From Lama glama (lineage: Eukaryota): a stretch of 64,000 nt of DNA. Below are positions 41,049-55,180 of the stretch, in pieces. Position numbers and translations under genes: made by a program. Position 1 is the first letter of the stretch, and each line of letters begins with the position of its first letter. Under the pieces are notes generated by a model. The model had not been told where the DNA came from, made no database searches, and worked only from the letters and a program-made list of their open reading frames with translations. Location: assembly GCA_028534125.1 (NCBI GenBank), contig CM052817.1, forward strand, positions 11,224,001-11,288,000, in the 5' to 3' direction.

Positions 41049-44000
41049 TTCCCCATTTCCTAAGTTTCAGGACCATTGCCCTGGCTGCACTGTGATGAGG
41101 GCAGAGAGAAGACTGAGGGAGGCAGGAGGAGAAGGTAGGTGCATGGGGAAGGCTGGAATTACTGCAGGGGAACCAGGAAGGGGTGTGGGTTTAAGAGCTT
41201 CCCATGAGGAAGAGTGGCAGGGCCAGCGACACCAGGTGTGGGGTGGGGGAGACGGAGGGTTCCGAGGACTCTCTTGCTGGCATGACTGAAGGGGTGTCTG
41301 GGCCACTCCACCTCAGAATCATAGCATCCTGGGAGGCCAGAACATGGATAGGCCACTGTCACTGCTCTTGACTCACATCCCTGCCCACAAGGGAGCCCCA
41401 ACTTCCCCAGCACCAGGTCAGAACAGAGGACTAGCTAAATGTTAAGAAAGAAGTCCTGAATTTGGGTGCTGAAACTCCCGCTACCAGCAGAAGTCATGGA
41501 GTGGCTGTCTCCTCCTTCATGGAAGCGGGCTGGAACAGGTCCCAAGGAAGGCTGGGCTGCAAGCAAATGGGCTTGGAATGGATTTCTCGATGGGGTCCAG
41601 GACGCTAATTAAAATCTCACCATTATCCGTCAGAGAGTGGTTGCAAAGCACTTAGCTGCACATGGCATTGAGCTGTGAGGCAAGCTTCTGAGTAATCGAA
41701 GCCCAACTGTCTCTCAAACCAATTTACATGGAGGTGTAGCTGCCAGGTAAGTGCAGTCTCCCCAGAAGGCTCTTAACCAGAGCCCCTCCTCTTACTGGCC
41801 GAGGTCAACACTCAGACCCAGGCTCGCCTGCCTTCCAGGGAGTTTCACCACCTGCATAAGATGAGGGACCTGGAAAGGGACCGTCTTTTGAAGCTCGAAT
41901 GACTTGTTTACAGCTTCTTGGAATGCAAAGACCAGGGCTAGCCCTCTTGGTTAGCCAGCCAACCGTGTCAACAATTACACATACGTGTTGTGATACATCT
42001 TTTACAAATAAAATCAATACAAAGAAATGTTAATACCTCTCACAGGAAACACTTTCACACACTTGGAGAAGTAATCCAAGTAGGAGCATCAAAATCTATA
42101 ACCACACATACAAACAAAACCATGTGAACTTAATAGCAGAAAAAGAAGCTCTTCAAGTTTACCTGCTCAGATTGCGAATTACAAATTTAATTCTGAAAGC
42201 AGGCTTTGTGTGTATATCTCTACGGACACGCATATCTATTTGTTCCATGTAAGTGCAACAGCATCGAACGCTAACATTATTTTTACACAGCACGTTTCAG
42301 TTCACAAAGCAGCTTTACAAGGTAAACCCCACAGCATGAAAGATAAATATACTGAGTGCCCGTTGTAAATGACTTATTTTCCCCACTGTTCTCTGTGGGG
42401 GAAAAATCACTTTAAACATTTTCCAATTCATGTACCTTCTACATAATCCTCAGATAAACACTACGCTTCAAGAGATATATTCTTGTCCAAACAACCCCTT
42501 AACAAAACCCAAAGATCCATTCATGACACGCGGGGTCACCTTTCCAAATCGTATTCTCAGCCACGGCTGAGTTTCTGTGCTCCGGCAGCACGTGGCTTCA
42601 AGTACAGCAGTGGTTTTACTCTTAATCTATGGGGGCTGGGTGAGTGTGGCTCACTTACCTGCACACCCGGAACGGAAGGGCCACACTGGCTCAAGCTCAC
42701 AGACTAAACCATCTTCTGTCTCTGATTTGTGCTGCCGGGAGCTTCTGCGGGAGAACAGAGCCCAGGCCAGCCCACTGTGTCAAGGACCCCAAAAGTCAGG
42801 AGTCGATTTTAAGTTAAAATTTAAAAGATGCAACCTGGTTCTGATTTTGTTTTAAAATTACACACACAAACACGCACACACACACATCAATAAAGTAAAG
42901 GGTCAAGAATGTATCAAAACGTAACTATGAAAGTTTAAAAAGCTAAAGCTCTAATCTGTTCTTAGAAAACAGTGATCAGTACATGTATGTAAACTAAAAA
43001 AAATGTGTACTATATTGTATATATGTATTTACATGCAGTATAATGTATAGGTGCAGTCAAACTGTAATAATTCCACCTAATAAAACTGAAAAAAAAGAAT
43101 GTATCAAAATATGACCAAGGTTATTGCTGGATGGTAATAATGAACAGTATTGACTTTTCTCCCCTTTTTTTTTTTTAACTTTTGTGCATTCCTCAATTTT
43201 TCTATATGAGCATGCACTTCAATTATAATCAGAAAAAAATCTTTTTTTTAAAGATAAGGATATATCATCAAACTGTTCTGCATCAAACCATTAATCTATA
43301 AGTGTCTAAGCCTGAGACACAAGCTCTGGAAGGAGAAACACTCAGACAAGGAAGGGCCAAGTCCCAGTGCCTCTCCCGAGGGGTCTGGCTTTGGCCGCAC
43401 TGCCTCCTCCTGGCTGGTGTATTCTGGTCTAAGCAGCTTCGCTATGGTAAATGTGCTGTCTCTTCCATTATGGACCCTGGTTCCGTGGGGAAGAAGAGTC
43501 TAAGGCAGTCTCGTTGCTCTTGTGAGTGTCACCAGGTGTGAAGGTGCCACCTGGAGCTTCAACCCAGGAGACAGGGAGCCATAGGCCACAGGCCACACTG
43601 GATGTAGCCAGTCTCTGGCTTTCAGAAATGTGCTCTTGAATTCAATCTCCAACAAACCTCTCCCATGAATGAAAGTGTGACAGCAATGGTAAGAGCACGT
43701 GGCTTTTATAAAGGTGAGGGCACACCTGTTCCCTCTACTGCTGAAAAGTTTCTGCCGTCATTTCCTCCAAACCACCCTCCATGCAACTGCTCTACCTTAG
43801 GGTCCCTTCACCCCTTGCCTTGCTGGTGTTCTGTCCAAATCCAAGGACTGACTACAGTCCTGCTTAGTACTCCCCGGGGGCTCCTCATCACCCATCATGG
43901 CAGCTCCCAACCTTTTTCTGCCCTACCATCCCTGAGGGTGGGACAATCACCACCAAAGAGGTGGTCTATGGCGAGGGGGGGTTCACCACTGTGGAGTCTG

Positions 44001-45197
44001 CTAGCTTTGCAGGGACAGAGTCACAATCCATTCAGTTTTGTGTCCAGATGCCAAATATTGGACCAGGCAAACAGCAGGCACATGGTGGGTCTTCTGTGAG
44101 AGGCTGTTTCAGTGAACTAGCAGGGACTCTTTGTTACACACCATGGTATCCTCACCACCCTGCAGAACCCCTGATCTAGAGTTTAACAGAGTGTAAATGA
44201 ATGAATGAATGAATGAATGCGTGATGGAAAAAGTAGAAGAACTCTGTATGACAAAGAGGGGACACCATTCAGAGGTGTTATATGTTAGTGATATTAAGCA
44301 GGGCTGCCTTAGAAGAAAGCACGCAATTATTATCCCCATCTAACTTATAAAAAATGCAATTTGGTGATTTTTACTCCTCCCAGAAAATAAATTCAGAAAA
44401 TAGGAGAAATAATGTTTAGAGAGCACCTAGTATGTGTTAGACCCTGAATCCAGAGCTCTTTTCTCTCAGTTCAAATCCAATAGATGTCTGTACAGTTACA
44501 CAAATTCCTATCAGCACATTCTGGAGGTGAGTATCTGAGAATTTGCCAGGGTGGGTTCTGGCAGTAAAATTAAATATATAATCATCTCTGTTTTCACAAA
44601 TGGTGATAGTCTTCTTTCTTTTGGCCAAGTTCCCTTAGCCAGTCTGTAGAAAATACATTCAGTACATGCTCCTGAACAACCCTTATTTGTCTTTAAAAAA
44701 GAAAGAAAGGCCTAGGAGTTATGGAATAATGCCCTTTCAGTCTGTCTTGGCCTAATCCTTCTTGTCCAGTAAAAACATATGAAATTCCCTTTAAAATCTT
44801 TATGTTTTAACAACCAAATTCTAGAAAAGTATATATTTACTAATCAGGATTCTTCTAGATACAAAAATGGAAATTCAAATCCATTGGACTGGGAAAGAGG
44901 GTCATGGACCTGGAAAGCCCAGAGCCAGTGATAGCTTCAGGTACAGATAGATCCAGGCTCTTAAATGATGTCATCTAGGCTGTCTCTTTCCATCTCACAG
45001 TTCTGCTTTTTTCTAAATTGGCTTTATTCTTTGACAAACTCTTGGCAAAGTAGCTACAGGTAGCACCAAGATTACATTTTGCCAGCTTAGCACACTCCTG
45101 GAAAGAGAGCTCCTCTTTGTTAATAGTTCCAATGAGAATCTCTAAGTTGACTATATTCACCTGGGCTAACACTAATTCCTGGGGTCAATGGGATACA

Positions 45198-45337
45198 ATA
45201 ATAACCTTTAATGAAAAAGAATATGAAAATGAATATATGTATGTATAAGCATGACTGGGACACTGTGCTGTGTACCAGAAATTGACACATTGTAACTGAC
45301 TGTACTTCAGTAAAAAAATTTTTAAATTAAAAAAAAA
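45198..45337 (+). mobile_element. Short 5'-truncated young L1 3' end
   Basis: aaagaatatgaaaatgaatatatgtatgta...ccagaaattgacacattgtaactgactgtacttca plus A-rich tail. Closely resembles 38583-38680. Confidence 0.85.
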
Positions 45338-48300
45338 GGAATACACCGATTGGCTAATTTCAGGTCACATGGGAATCTGGGGAATGGAGCTGACCTGCCT
45401 CAACCACATGGACGGAGGACTGAATTAGCACATGGCCAGCTTCTCAAAGGAAGCTGGAGATCTGGTACCAGAAGAATGGGTGCTGTGTCAGCAAGAACAA
45501 ATGGGTACTTCTGACCCTTCCCAGGAAACCCAGTATGGTTCACTGAGCACGAACTTCAGAACTGGAGGAGAGAGAAGAAAAGGTTAGGACTTGGTCCCTA
45601 ATCTCACAGAGCAAAGAAGAAGCATGTGTGCAAAACATCCAGGTGGAAAGACGGCGCAGAACGAAGGCCCGGTGGGACCTTGAAGGAAGCACAGGGCCCG
45701 CTGCCAAGAGACCTGAGTTCCAAGGTCCAGTTCTATCCCTCGCAAGCGGTGCGACATAAGGCAAGTCCTCGAACGGATCTCTCTGAGAAAACGAGGCTTC
45801 CTCTCCTAGGAAATGAAATAGTCACACTCAGCTGATATTTCCCAAAGGGAATGGATGTGGACAAGGGACTCTAAAGTCAAATAAGCTTGAGGCCTGGGCA
45901 GCTCTGGTATAAAGACATTTGCTTAACTGTCTTTACCCCAAGAGTCAGCCATTGAGTTCTCTTTTTTTAAACTATAATGCCAATTAATTTCCCTCATTAC
46001 ATATTTTGGGATATGCTGGGCCAAGAGTTCCTTAGGTTTTGACCTTGTGAGTTAAAGTGTCAAAGGCACAGGACAACAGTTGCTAGAAGGACTCAGGGCT
46101 TGGGGCTCCGTCTGTCTGGACAGTCAGTGCAGGCAGGTCTCGAGGGCTGGGAGGGTGTGAACGGGGTTGTGGGGAGCAGAGTGAGGAAGAGTTCTAGGGA
46201 GAGACTCTGGGTCAGATGTGCAGGGGCTGGGGAGGGGGTAAATGCTGTGAGAGCTGGGGGAAATGCTGATTTAAGACTCAAAAATGTATCTCAGGATGCC
46301 AACAGGTGGTGGAACTGCAAGGGATTTTAATTATTAAAATTTTTGCTTATTTGCATTTTCTAATTTCCTACGAAGTGTGTATTACTTGGTTAATTAAACT
46401 ATCAAAGAAAAGGAAAAATTTTAAATAGTTTTTCAAAATCCCAAAACTATATGAATCAATTAACCACATGGCTTTTCTATATTCAATATTGTAACTGATT
46501 AAGAAGGAAAGTTTTTCACATGAATAGTAAAGTTTCCCAAGGCTTCTTCCTTAGGCCCCTGTGACTGGCATTTTTTTTTCATAATCAAAAAACAAATGTA
46601 AGGATGACGATTAGGAAAAAGAAATTATTCTCTACGCCACCTCTCATTTTCCCTCATCACTCCTGATCTCATCTCAGGTGCTCCGGCCCTGAGAGGATGC
46701 TGAGCAGGGAAAACCGTGGGTGCAGCGAACACCGCGCTCACTCTGCAGACGACACTGCAGGCAGAATCAATGCAGAGGCAGCAGGTGTCCCTGGGACACA
46801 GACTCCTGCACAGCACTAAACTCATCCTGCGTCAACCAGATGCACAGAGAGGCCCAGAGTGCTGAATCCCGGATGGGTGACGTTCTTATCGGGTTTCCAA
46901 AATCGGGGATACTCAGCCAGCCAGTTTGAAAGGACACAAACAGATGACGATGGTGAAGATTAACAGTAACGGGGGTCCTGATAATACTGTTAATAGTTTT
47001 AATAGCAACTCTAGGGTTTACAAGAGGGTTACGATGCCAGGCTCTGAGGTCATGGCTTCATACACCTTCTCTCCTCTAATCCTCACAATAACCCCAGCAG
47101 GTTAAGTCTCATTACTGCCCCGATTGTACAGATTGGCAAACCAAAGGCATGGCACGGCAGGTAACAAGCCTGAGGTTCCAGGGCCGGAGAGCAACCCAAC
47201 CAGGACTCTGGTCCATTCTCACTCTGGCGCCTGTGCTCTTAAGCACCATCTAAGGAGAACAGGAGAGCCAATTAAGTAAAAGCGAATCCTAGCTCTGTGA
47301 TTGGTAGGGCACAGGCTAAGCTGCTATTAAAAAGACTCCCCCAAACACAGAGGGTTAAATGAAGTGGGAATTTAGTTGTCTCTTTCTCATAACTGTCCCC
47401 GGACCAGTGGTGGCCAGAAGTGGGTGGAGGGCTCTGGTCTATGACCGCTCAGCTCTGCACCCTCATCTTGCATCAGTTCTCAACCTGCAGCTTCCACCAT
47501 CTGAGCCAAAGGCCGTTGCTGTGCTTGCCACTGTTACCATCAGCATGAAAGGGGAAGAGAGGAGGTCCAGGGTGAGCAGCTTGACTTAGGTTGGGGATGA
47601 AATGGAAGATGCGCATATCACCCCTCTCACCTCCCCAGGCCTGCCCTTAATCCCAGAGCCACAGGGAGGCTGGGAGATGCACATGGGCTGCCATGTGCTC
47701 ACAGGAAAAAAAGAGAGACAGGCTGTTTCCTCCGTGCCAGCACCTTAGAAAGTTAAAGTCAGATCTTGCCTTCTACCAGATCTATACCAGCTGTGTTATG
47801 TACAAATGGGGGAGCTGAAGCACAGACAGCTTAAACAATTTTGCCAATATCTTTCACCTCATTATGGCAGAATGGAATCTGATTTTCAGTCCAATGTTCT
47901 TTTTTCCCCTAAATTGAGTCTTCATATTAAACTGAAAAGGTTACCATCAAATTTCTAAGTTGTGCCAGATAAACACAATGACCTTTAAAAATGATACCTG
48001 ATTGTGACATTGCCCAAAAGTTGAACAGAGGTTCGAAAGGAATCCAAAAATGTCAAAAAGAAAGATGAACATATTCATAGAACTTTTATAGTTGTAAGCA
48101 AGACATCACCAGACCATCTTCCTCATTTCATAAATAATGGCCCCTGGAGCCTCCTGATTTGTACACGGTCACACAGCTTGTGCGGAAGAGCCACAGTGGG
48201 GCTTTTATCACTTGATTTTCAGTGTTCCTTCGACTGAATCTCAAAGGCCCTCATGGAAGGACCGAGGGCCTCAGGACACCCTAAAATATGAGCCCATGAG

Positions 48301-49599
48301 ACTCCCAGGAAGCCCCACATCGCTCTCCCCAAGGGGATGTCATCTATAGAATCTGTTCCTCTCTGGCCTGGCTCACATTCAGATGTCAGCCAGCTTCAAT
48401 CCAACAGCCTGCATTGGTAGAAGCCCTTCCTTTCGTCAAGTGCCCATCCTGGGGTGGAGGGACATGAAGATACAGAAGCCATGGTCCCTGCCCCAGGAGC
48501 TCACAATTTAGTGACAAATACATAAAACAACCATGCAGTGACGCCAAATGACATGACGGCAGGATACGGAGTGGAGACTACTTATTTCTCCAGGAAACAT
48601 CATATCCCACCCACCACCGTGACAGGCTCCCACCCTTGTTCACAGGGGTGAGCAGGTATCCCTGGCTGGCCAATGACAGAGCCCCCACTGACCAAGTGAT
48701 TGACACAGGATAGGCATGGGATCCAAGCCAGGCCAAGCAGAGTCCTTCCTGGGATTTTATTCAGTTGGGGTAGGAGAGAGTCTCTCTTGCCTGTTGTGTC
48801 TGAGGGTTGGAAGATGTTAATTCAGAGTGAACTACAGCCTTGTCCTCACATGGAAAAGGCCAATTAGTGGAGAAGAATGACTGTCACACAGACAAATGCA
48901 GAGATACGAGTGGGAGAAAGAGTTAAAGGTATCTGTCCAACAGCAGCAAATGTCTAGGTCCCTGTATCATCATCACCGTCATCATCAGAATTAACACTTC
49001 TAGTGATTACTTCATGCTGGGAGTGGGGCCTATATAAAATGCAGGCACTTGATATAATCTCATTGAGTAATAATAGTAATATTAATAAAATTATAATTGT
49101 TATCTTCCTTTTACAGAAGAGCAAACTGAGGAACAAGGAGGACAAATAATTTGCCATAAGTCCACAGCTAGTGGAAAACTGGGCTGCGAACCCTAATTCG
49201 TCTGACTCTAAAATCTCAGTCCTTTCTGAGCAACGCATAGTCCCAAGCCTGAAAGTCACTGTGCTCTGAATGAAGGCAGGTGGCCTGAATTTCCCTCGCA
49301 GAACTAGGATTCAAGTACTCACACCATTTGACACCCCTGGAGGGACTGATGCTGGGGATGGCTTCTTCACTGTGTTGATTCCTGGTGGGTTTCTCCCCTA
49401 ATTTGACACCCCTTTCTTGACCACCATGGGTGGAGGTTCTTCACCCAGGCAGAGAAATCTCAAGTCCTCTCCCCCAGGACAGCTGCCCCAGGGTGGACAT
49501 CAGATTCTGACTCTACAGTTCCCACCTGTGTTCAGAGTAGAGGACCACCATTTGTGACCTACACAGCTCCGCAGTGCTCCTTAATCCAACAGGCTGTCC

Positions 49600-50200
49600 T
49601 TATTATGTGCCAGGGACCCTTCTAGGTTCTTGGGATGTATCAGCAGCATGATATACAGAGATCGCTGCCTTCATGGGGTTGAATTCTCATGTCAGGGTCA
49701 GCGAAGGGTTGGCAGAGAGACTGACAATCAATATTGGATATAATAAATGAGATTATGGTAAGTCAGGAGGTGGTAAGTAAAATGGAAAATAAAAAAGCAG
49801 ACCAGGAGAAGGGAGATCAGAAGTGTAGGGAGAGAGAGGGTGTCATTATTTTAAATAGGACAGTTCAGGTTGGCCTCATTAAGGTGGCACTTGGGCAAAG
49901 TTGAGAAGGTGCTGAGAGGTTAGCCAGACAGGCATCTGGACGAAGGGTTCTAGGCCAGAGCAAGGGTCCTGAGGCCAGTAGGGCTGGAATGGACTGGGCA
50001 AGGGGACAGTAATAGGAGTTAGGTCAGGGAGGTCATGGGCAGTCTGGACTGTAGACTCAGGACTTTGGATTTACCCAGAGATGAGAGCCACTGGTGGGTC
50101 TAAGCAGGAGAGCAGCCATGATCCGACTTAACGGGGTTCATTCTGGTTTCTGAGTTGAGAATAAACTATAGGGGGGGACCAGGGTGGAAGCTGCGAGACA
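49600..50200 (+). mobile_element. L2 LINE fragment
   Basis: tatgtgccagggacccttctaggttcttggga...ggcctcattaaggtggcacttgggcaaag...gactttggatttac...agccactggtgggtctaagcagg. Confidence 0.7.
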
Positions 50201-50996
50201 GGAGGCAAGAACGTAGGGGAAAGTAATGCAGGCATCTCAACACGATGTGTCCCACAGTGAACTCATCCTGTTCCCATCACTACCTGCCTACAACCTGCTT
50301 CTCGATGCCATAGCGCCGTCCCCATAGGTAGGAACCCAGGAGTCCTCTTTGGCCCTTTCCTCTTCCTCCTATGACATATCCACTCAGTTTTGTACAGCCT
50401 GACCGCTAGGAAGTCCACACATCCATCCCTCCGCTTGCTGTGCCTCCTCCCACTCTCGCCCTGCAGGCCCTCATCATCTGAGCCATGTCTCCCTGAGGCC
50501 CAGCTCCCTTTCCCCCAGGTGCCCTCCACAGACACCCGAGTCACCGCACTGAACACAGCTGCTCCCGGCACTACTCACTGGGGCTCCCCCCAGCCCCCTG
50601 GATAAAATGATGCTCCTCGGCATGACATTCGCGACTCCCCCATAATCCAGTGCCACATCCTGTCACTACCCCTGCAGACCCCAAGCTCCGATGACACTGG
50701 GTTACACACTGTTTTCTATACAAGCCACACACTGTCAAACCTTTCTGCTTTTGCTTGCACTTCTCCATCTGTCTGGAATGCCTTTTCTGCCATCCTCTCT
50801 CTGGGGAAATCCTTCTTGACATGAAGTTCCAGATCCAATGTCACCTGCCTTCCAAGAGCTCCTCCAGGGCCATCACGGGGAATTCATTCTTTCAAGAAAT
50901 ATGTACTGAGCCCCGAGGCACTATGCTGAACGCCGTGAGTTATTCCCTCCCAACAGTTCTCTTCTGGTATGAAGACGCGGAAAGAGAGGTGCATTT

Positions 50997-51241
50997 CTTT
51001 TTAAATCAAAGTATAGTTGATTTACAATGTGTGAGTTTCAGATGGACCTAGTGATTATCATACTAAGTGAAGTAAGTCAAACATCACATATCAAATATCA
51101 CGTATCACTTATATGTTGAATCTAAAAAAATGTTACAAATGAACAGATAAAACAGATACAGACTCACAGACATAGAAGACAAATTTATGGTTACCAAAGG
51201 GGAAAGAGCAGGGAGGAATAAATTAGGGATTTAGGATTAAC
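50997..51241. mobile_element. 5'-inverted (twin-primed) truncated L1
   Basis: Minus-strand 3' terminus (50997-~51041) joined to a plus-strand upstream 3'UTR piece (~51041-51241). TSD agagaggtgcattt / agagatgtgcattt. Confidence 0.85.
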
Positions 51242-53033
51242 AGAGATGTGCATTTTTTAAAATTTGCACTCCTTTCTTAAAGAGGCTGGGGTAACGTACT
51301 GCTTCCTCCTCTGCACCCCATTGGCTCTGCCCAGCCCCCTGATGCCCCCACGGCACCCACGTTGCGCTCTGCGGCAGAGACCGTGCTGGGAAAGGCAGTC
51401 ATGCACGTGATCTTTCAATCCCTGCTTCAGCCCCATGAGAGTGGGCCCTGGAATGCCCCCTTACGCAGAGATAAAGAACCCACACAGCCGTGCTGGGCTC
51501 ACCACCTGGTGTGGGAGCATCTTTCCCTGCTTCAGGCTCAGCGTGTGCTCCTTTGTTCTGCTGAAGTGTGTAGGTAAGTGATCCTCAGGCATGCTCCCAG
51601 CTTTCAGCATTTCAGACTCCAAGAGGGAGGGGGAGGGCTCCTGCCACCGCACAAGTGTCCTGTGTGGGCCACTGGGGCATCTGCTAGCAGAGGGACCACT
51701 GCACACTACAGGAGCCAACCTTTCTTCTCCGTGGGGGTGAAGCGTTGATTCATTCAATGCTTGAAAACATTGTGGTTTCCTTGGTGATTCCGATATGCAG
51801 ATGCAGTGGGCAGAAGTGCTCGGACTTTCACTCCTGCTGGGTTGGTGCAGTGGTGATCTTTGCTGTCCCTCTATGGAGTTGGGCTTCTCCGCCGGCATTG
51901 ATAACCAGTGCGCGATATTCTGCTTGACAATTTGTTGATCCCAAGAATCTCAATTTTCAGCTGATATCCTGCTAATTTACTCTATTTTCCAGACTCTTCT
52001 ACAGTTGTTTGTGGCCACAGGGTTTAGTTCTACTTAGTGAAATGTTGGAAAGAGCATTATGTGGGGCTCCTTAAATGGGAGGGGATTCACCTATCTTCAC
52101 CCCTCTCCTTCCAGCAGGTTGGAAAGGGGATGTCATGGCTGGAGCTCCAGCAGTCATCCTGGACCACGAGGCAACACTGAGGTGAATGCTTTGCAGCTGG
52201 CAAGGCAGAGCAGAAAGATACAAAAGCCTGGCTCCCTAGAGCATGAACCTTCCAACCCAACCTGTGATTGTGTACGTCTCTGGTCCTCTTTTACGTAAGG
52301 AAGGAGTAACTTCTCACTGTTCAGGGTTTTCTGTTAGACATAGCCAAACCTAATCCTAGCTAATTAAAAGCCCATTTATCTTGCTCACTTTTGTACCCCT
52401 GTACCTTTCATTGTGTCTGGCACAAGATAGGTGCTCATGAGAATGTCTCATGAACCATAAACTAATGAGTGTATATTAAATGGCCCACACCACAAACACA
52501 GTAAAAATGAATATTATGCACTATACATAAAACATGTAGACGTTTATAGTTTGGGGGATATTTTGGGGGTAGCCAGGGATTTTTCACTGGAGCTTTGAGG
52601 ACCCAGTTGAGCTGTTGTTTACACTCCTCACTTCTTGAAATAACACACATAATCCTGCTTTTGCAGGAGTCCTGATGTCAGGCTGGCCTCATTGTCCGGG
52701 TGACAATAGACAGACAAGAAAGAGTGGCAGCTGACCAGCTGGAAGCTGGCTGGGAGAGACGAGTGAGTGTTTTCATGATTATATTTATTCAGTATTTATA
52801 AATGATGGCTGTCATCAGGAGCCAACCTCCAGGCTCCCAGGTGCTTTGTATCATAAAGCCTCTGGGGGTTTATGTTTTACATCATGTATTTCTTTTTCCA
52901 TCACAGAGGTCTTCACTGTCAGCACTGCATGCACAGCAAGCTGCAAAACCATATGGTCCCTTGACCTGGATTTTTGTAGCTCGAGGGAGTAAACTCACCA
53001 TTTTTCTTAAAAAATATACCCGCCACTAATTTC

Positions 53034-53672
53034 TTTTTTTTAATTGAAGTATAGCTGATTTATAATACTGTGTTAGTTTCAGGTGTACAACAAAGTGAAT
53101 CAGTTATACATATATATGTATATACCTATATTCTTTTTTCAATTCTTTTCCATTATAGTTTATTACAAGATATTGAATATAGTTCCCTGTGCTGTACAGT
53201 AATTCCTTGTTGTTTATCTATTTTATATATAATAGTGTGTATCTGGTAATCCCATATTCCCAAATTATCCCTCCCCTGCTTCCCTTTTGGTAACCATAAG
53301 TTTGTTTTCTATGACCATGAGTCTGTTTCTCTTTTATAAATAAGTTCACTTGTACTATTTTTAGATTCCACATATAAGTGGTATCATATTTGTCTTTCTC
53401 TGTCTTACTTCACTTAGTACAATAATTTCTAGGTCCATCCATGTTGCTGCAAATGGCATTATTTCATTCTTTTTTTATGGCTGAGTAGTATTCCACTGCA
53501 TACATATATACCACATCTTCTTTATCCATTCACCTGTTGGTGGACACTCAGGCTGCTTCCATGTCTTGGCTATTGTATTGCTGCTATGAACATCGGGGTG
53601 CATGTATCTTTTTGAATGAGACCTTTTGTCTTTTCTGGATATATGGCCAGGAGTGGGATTGCTGGGTCATAT
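53034..53672 (-). mobile_element. 5'-truncated L1 3' end (about 640 bp)
   Basis: Poly-T then ttgaagtatagctgattta...gagtgggattgctgggtcatat. 17-bp TSD tacccgccactaatttc (53017-53033) / tacccaccactaatttc (53673-53689). Confidence 0.92.
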
Positions 53673-53756
53673 TACCCACCACTAATTTCCTTTAAGGAGA
53701 AAGAAATCAGTCTTAAGAAGTAAAATATATCTCTCCTTATGCACACATCCCCCTTT

Positions 53757-54350
53757 CGTTCAGTCATTTAGTGAATATTTACCGAGGGCCGGCTATGTAG
53801 CTGGTCCTCAGGATGGGGGGTACAACATGCTCAAAACAGACCTAAATCCTTATGTGTAGGAAGCTAACATTCTAGCTAGAGAGTCAGACAATAAACATGT
53901 GAAATAAGTAAAACAAACAAGGTGTTAGTAAGTGATACATGTTAAAAGAAAGAATTAAGTAAGGAAGGGATATCTGGGGGGGGAGGAGTTAAATTTTTTC
54001 ACCAGACAGTGAAGAAGTCTTCCTGGAGAAAGTGACATCTGAGTGAAGAGCTGATGGAGATGGAAGCGTGAGCAATGAAGTGTGCAGGGAAGAGCACTCC
54101 CGGCTAAGGTTCGGGAGCAGGGTCCTAGGGATGTAAGGACGTGTGATGGGTGATGGAGCAGCGAGGGGCCAGTGCAGCTGAGGCAGAGTGAGCGATGGGG
54201 GCATGGAAGAGGTGGGAGAGGCTGACAGGGCCGGGTCGTGGAGGTCCCACAGCCCCTTGAAGAGCTTTGGGGAAGCCCTGGAGAGCTCACAGCACCATCT
54301 GACCCACAGTGTAAAGATCACCTCGGTGGCTGTGCTGAGAACAGGGGAAG
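53757..54350 (+). mobile_element. L2 LINE 3' region fragment
   Basis: cattt...gaatatttaccgagggccggctatg...gtcttcctggagaaagtgacatctgagtgaagagctga...aaagatcacctcggtggctgtgctgagaa. Confidence 0.7.
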
Positions 54351-54699
54351 ATGGGAGGTTTGTCCGGAGACGTCTCCCTTCCAGGTCCCACTAGCCATTT
54401 CCCCCCTTTCCCTTCTTCATTCCTTCAGGGAATCTTCCTCCTCAGCCCACTTCAGAACCAAGAGCTACTTTGTGCTCCCTCTGTCCCCATCAAAATGTGT
54501 TTCTGGATTCTTCCATCCCACCAGTCAGCAACGGCTGACACTGTGAGCAGACTGACACCAGGCGAAGAGCAGTCTGAGGAGTCCTCACAAGATGAACTGG
54601 GTCTCTGTTCTCCCCACTGTTCAGTCAGAACTTCTTCAGGTGTAAGCAAAACTGACCCAAGCGTACTAGTGTTGTATGGCTGAGAAGGAAATTAGCACA

Positions 54700-55180
54700 C
54701 TCAGCAGTGTGATGTGGCTAGGTTCTTGCTCAAGGGCTCGATGAACTAGGTGTTGGCCCGCTGAGTTCTCATCTGGAGGCCCTGGGGAGAAATTTGTTTC
54801 CCAGCTAATTCAGGCTGTTGGCAAAATTCAGTTCCTTGTGGTTGTAAGACTGTCATCAGGGACTGCTCTCAGCACCGAGAGGCCACCGGCGTTCCTCAGT
54901 ACACAGCTCCTCCATCTCCCTCACTGAATTTTTCTCACACTTCAATTCCCTCTGATTTCTCTCTCTGTAATCTCTAGACCTGGACTTCAGGACTCCTGTG
55001 ATTAAGTCAAGTCCACCTGGATAATCTTTCTGTCCTCAGGGCAATTTACTTGGAACCTTAATTACAACTGCAAAATCCCTTCACAGAAAACCCTGGATTT
55101 GGTATTTGATTGAATAACTAAAAGGTGTGTGTGTCCCAGGGGCTGGGAGTTTGGGGCCATGTTAGAATCTGCCTCGTACA
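54700..55180 (-). mobile_element. MaLR solo LTR (MLT1D/E-like)
   Basis: tctcatctggaggccctggggagaaat...ttcaggctgttggcaaaattcagttccttgtggttgtaagactg...ccttaattacaactgcaaaatcccttcacag...gggccatgttagaatctgcct. Confidence 0.8.
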
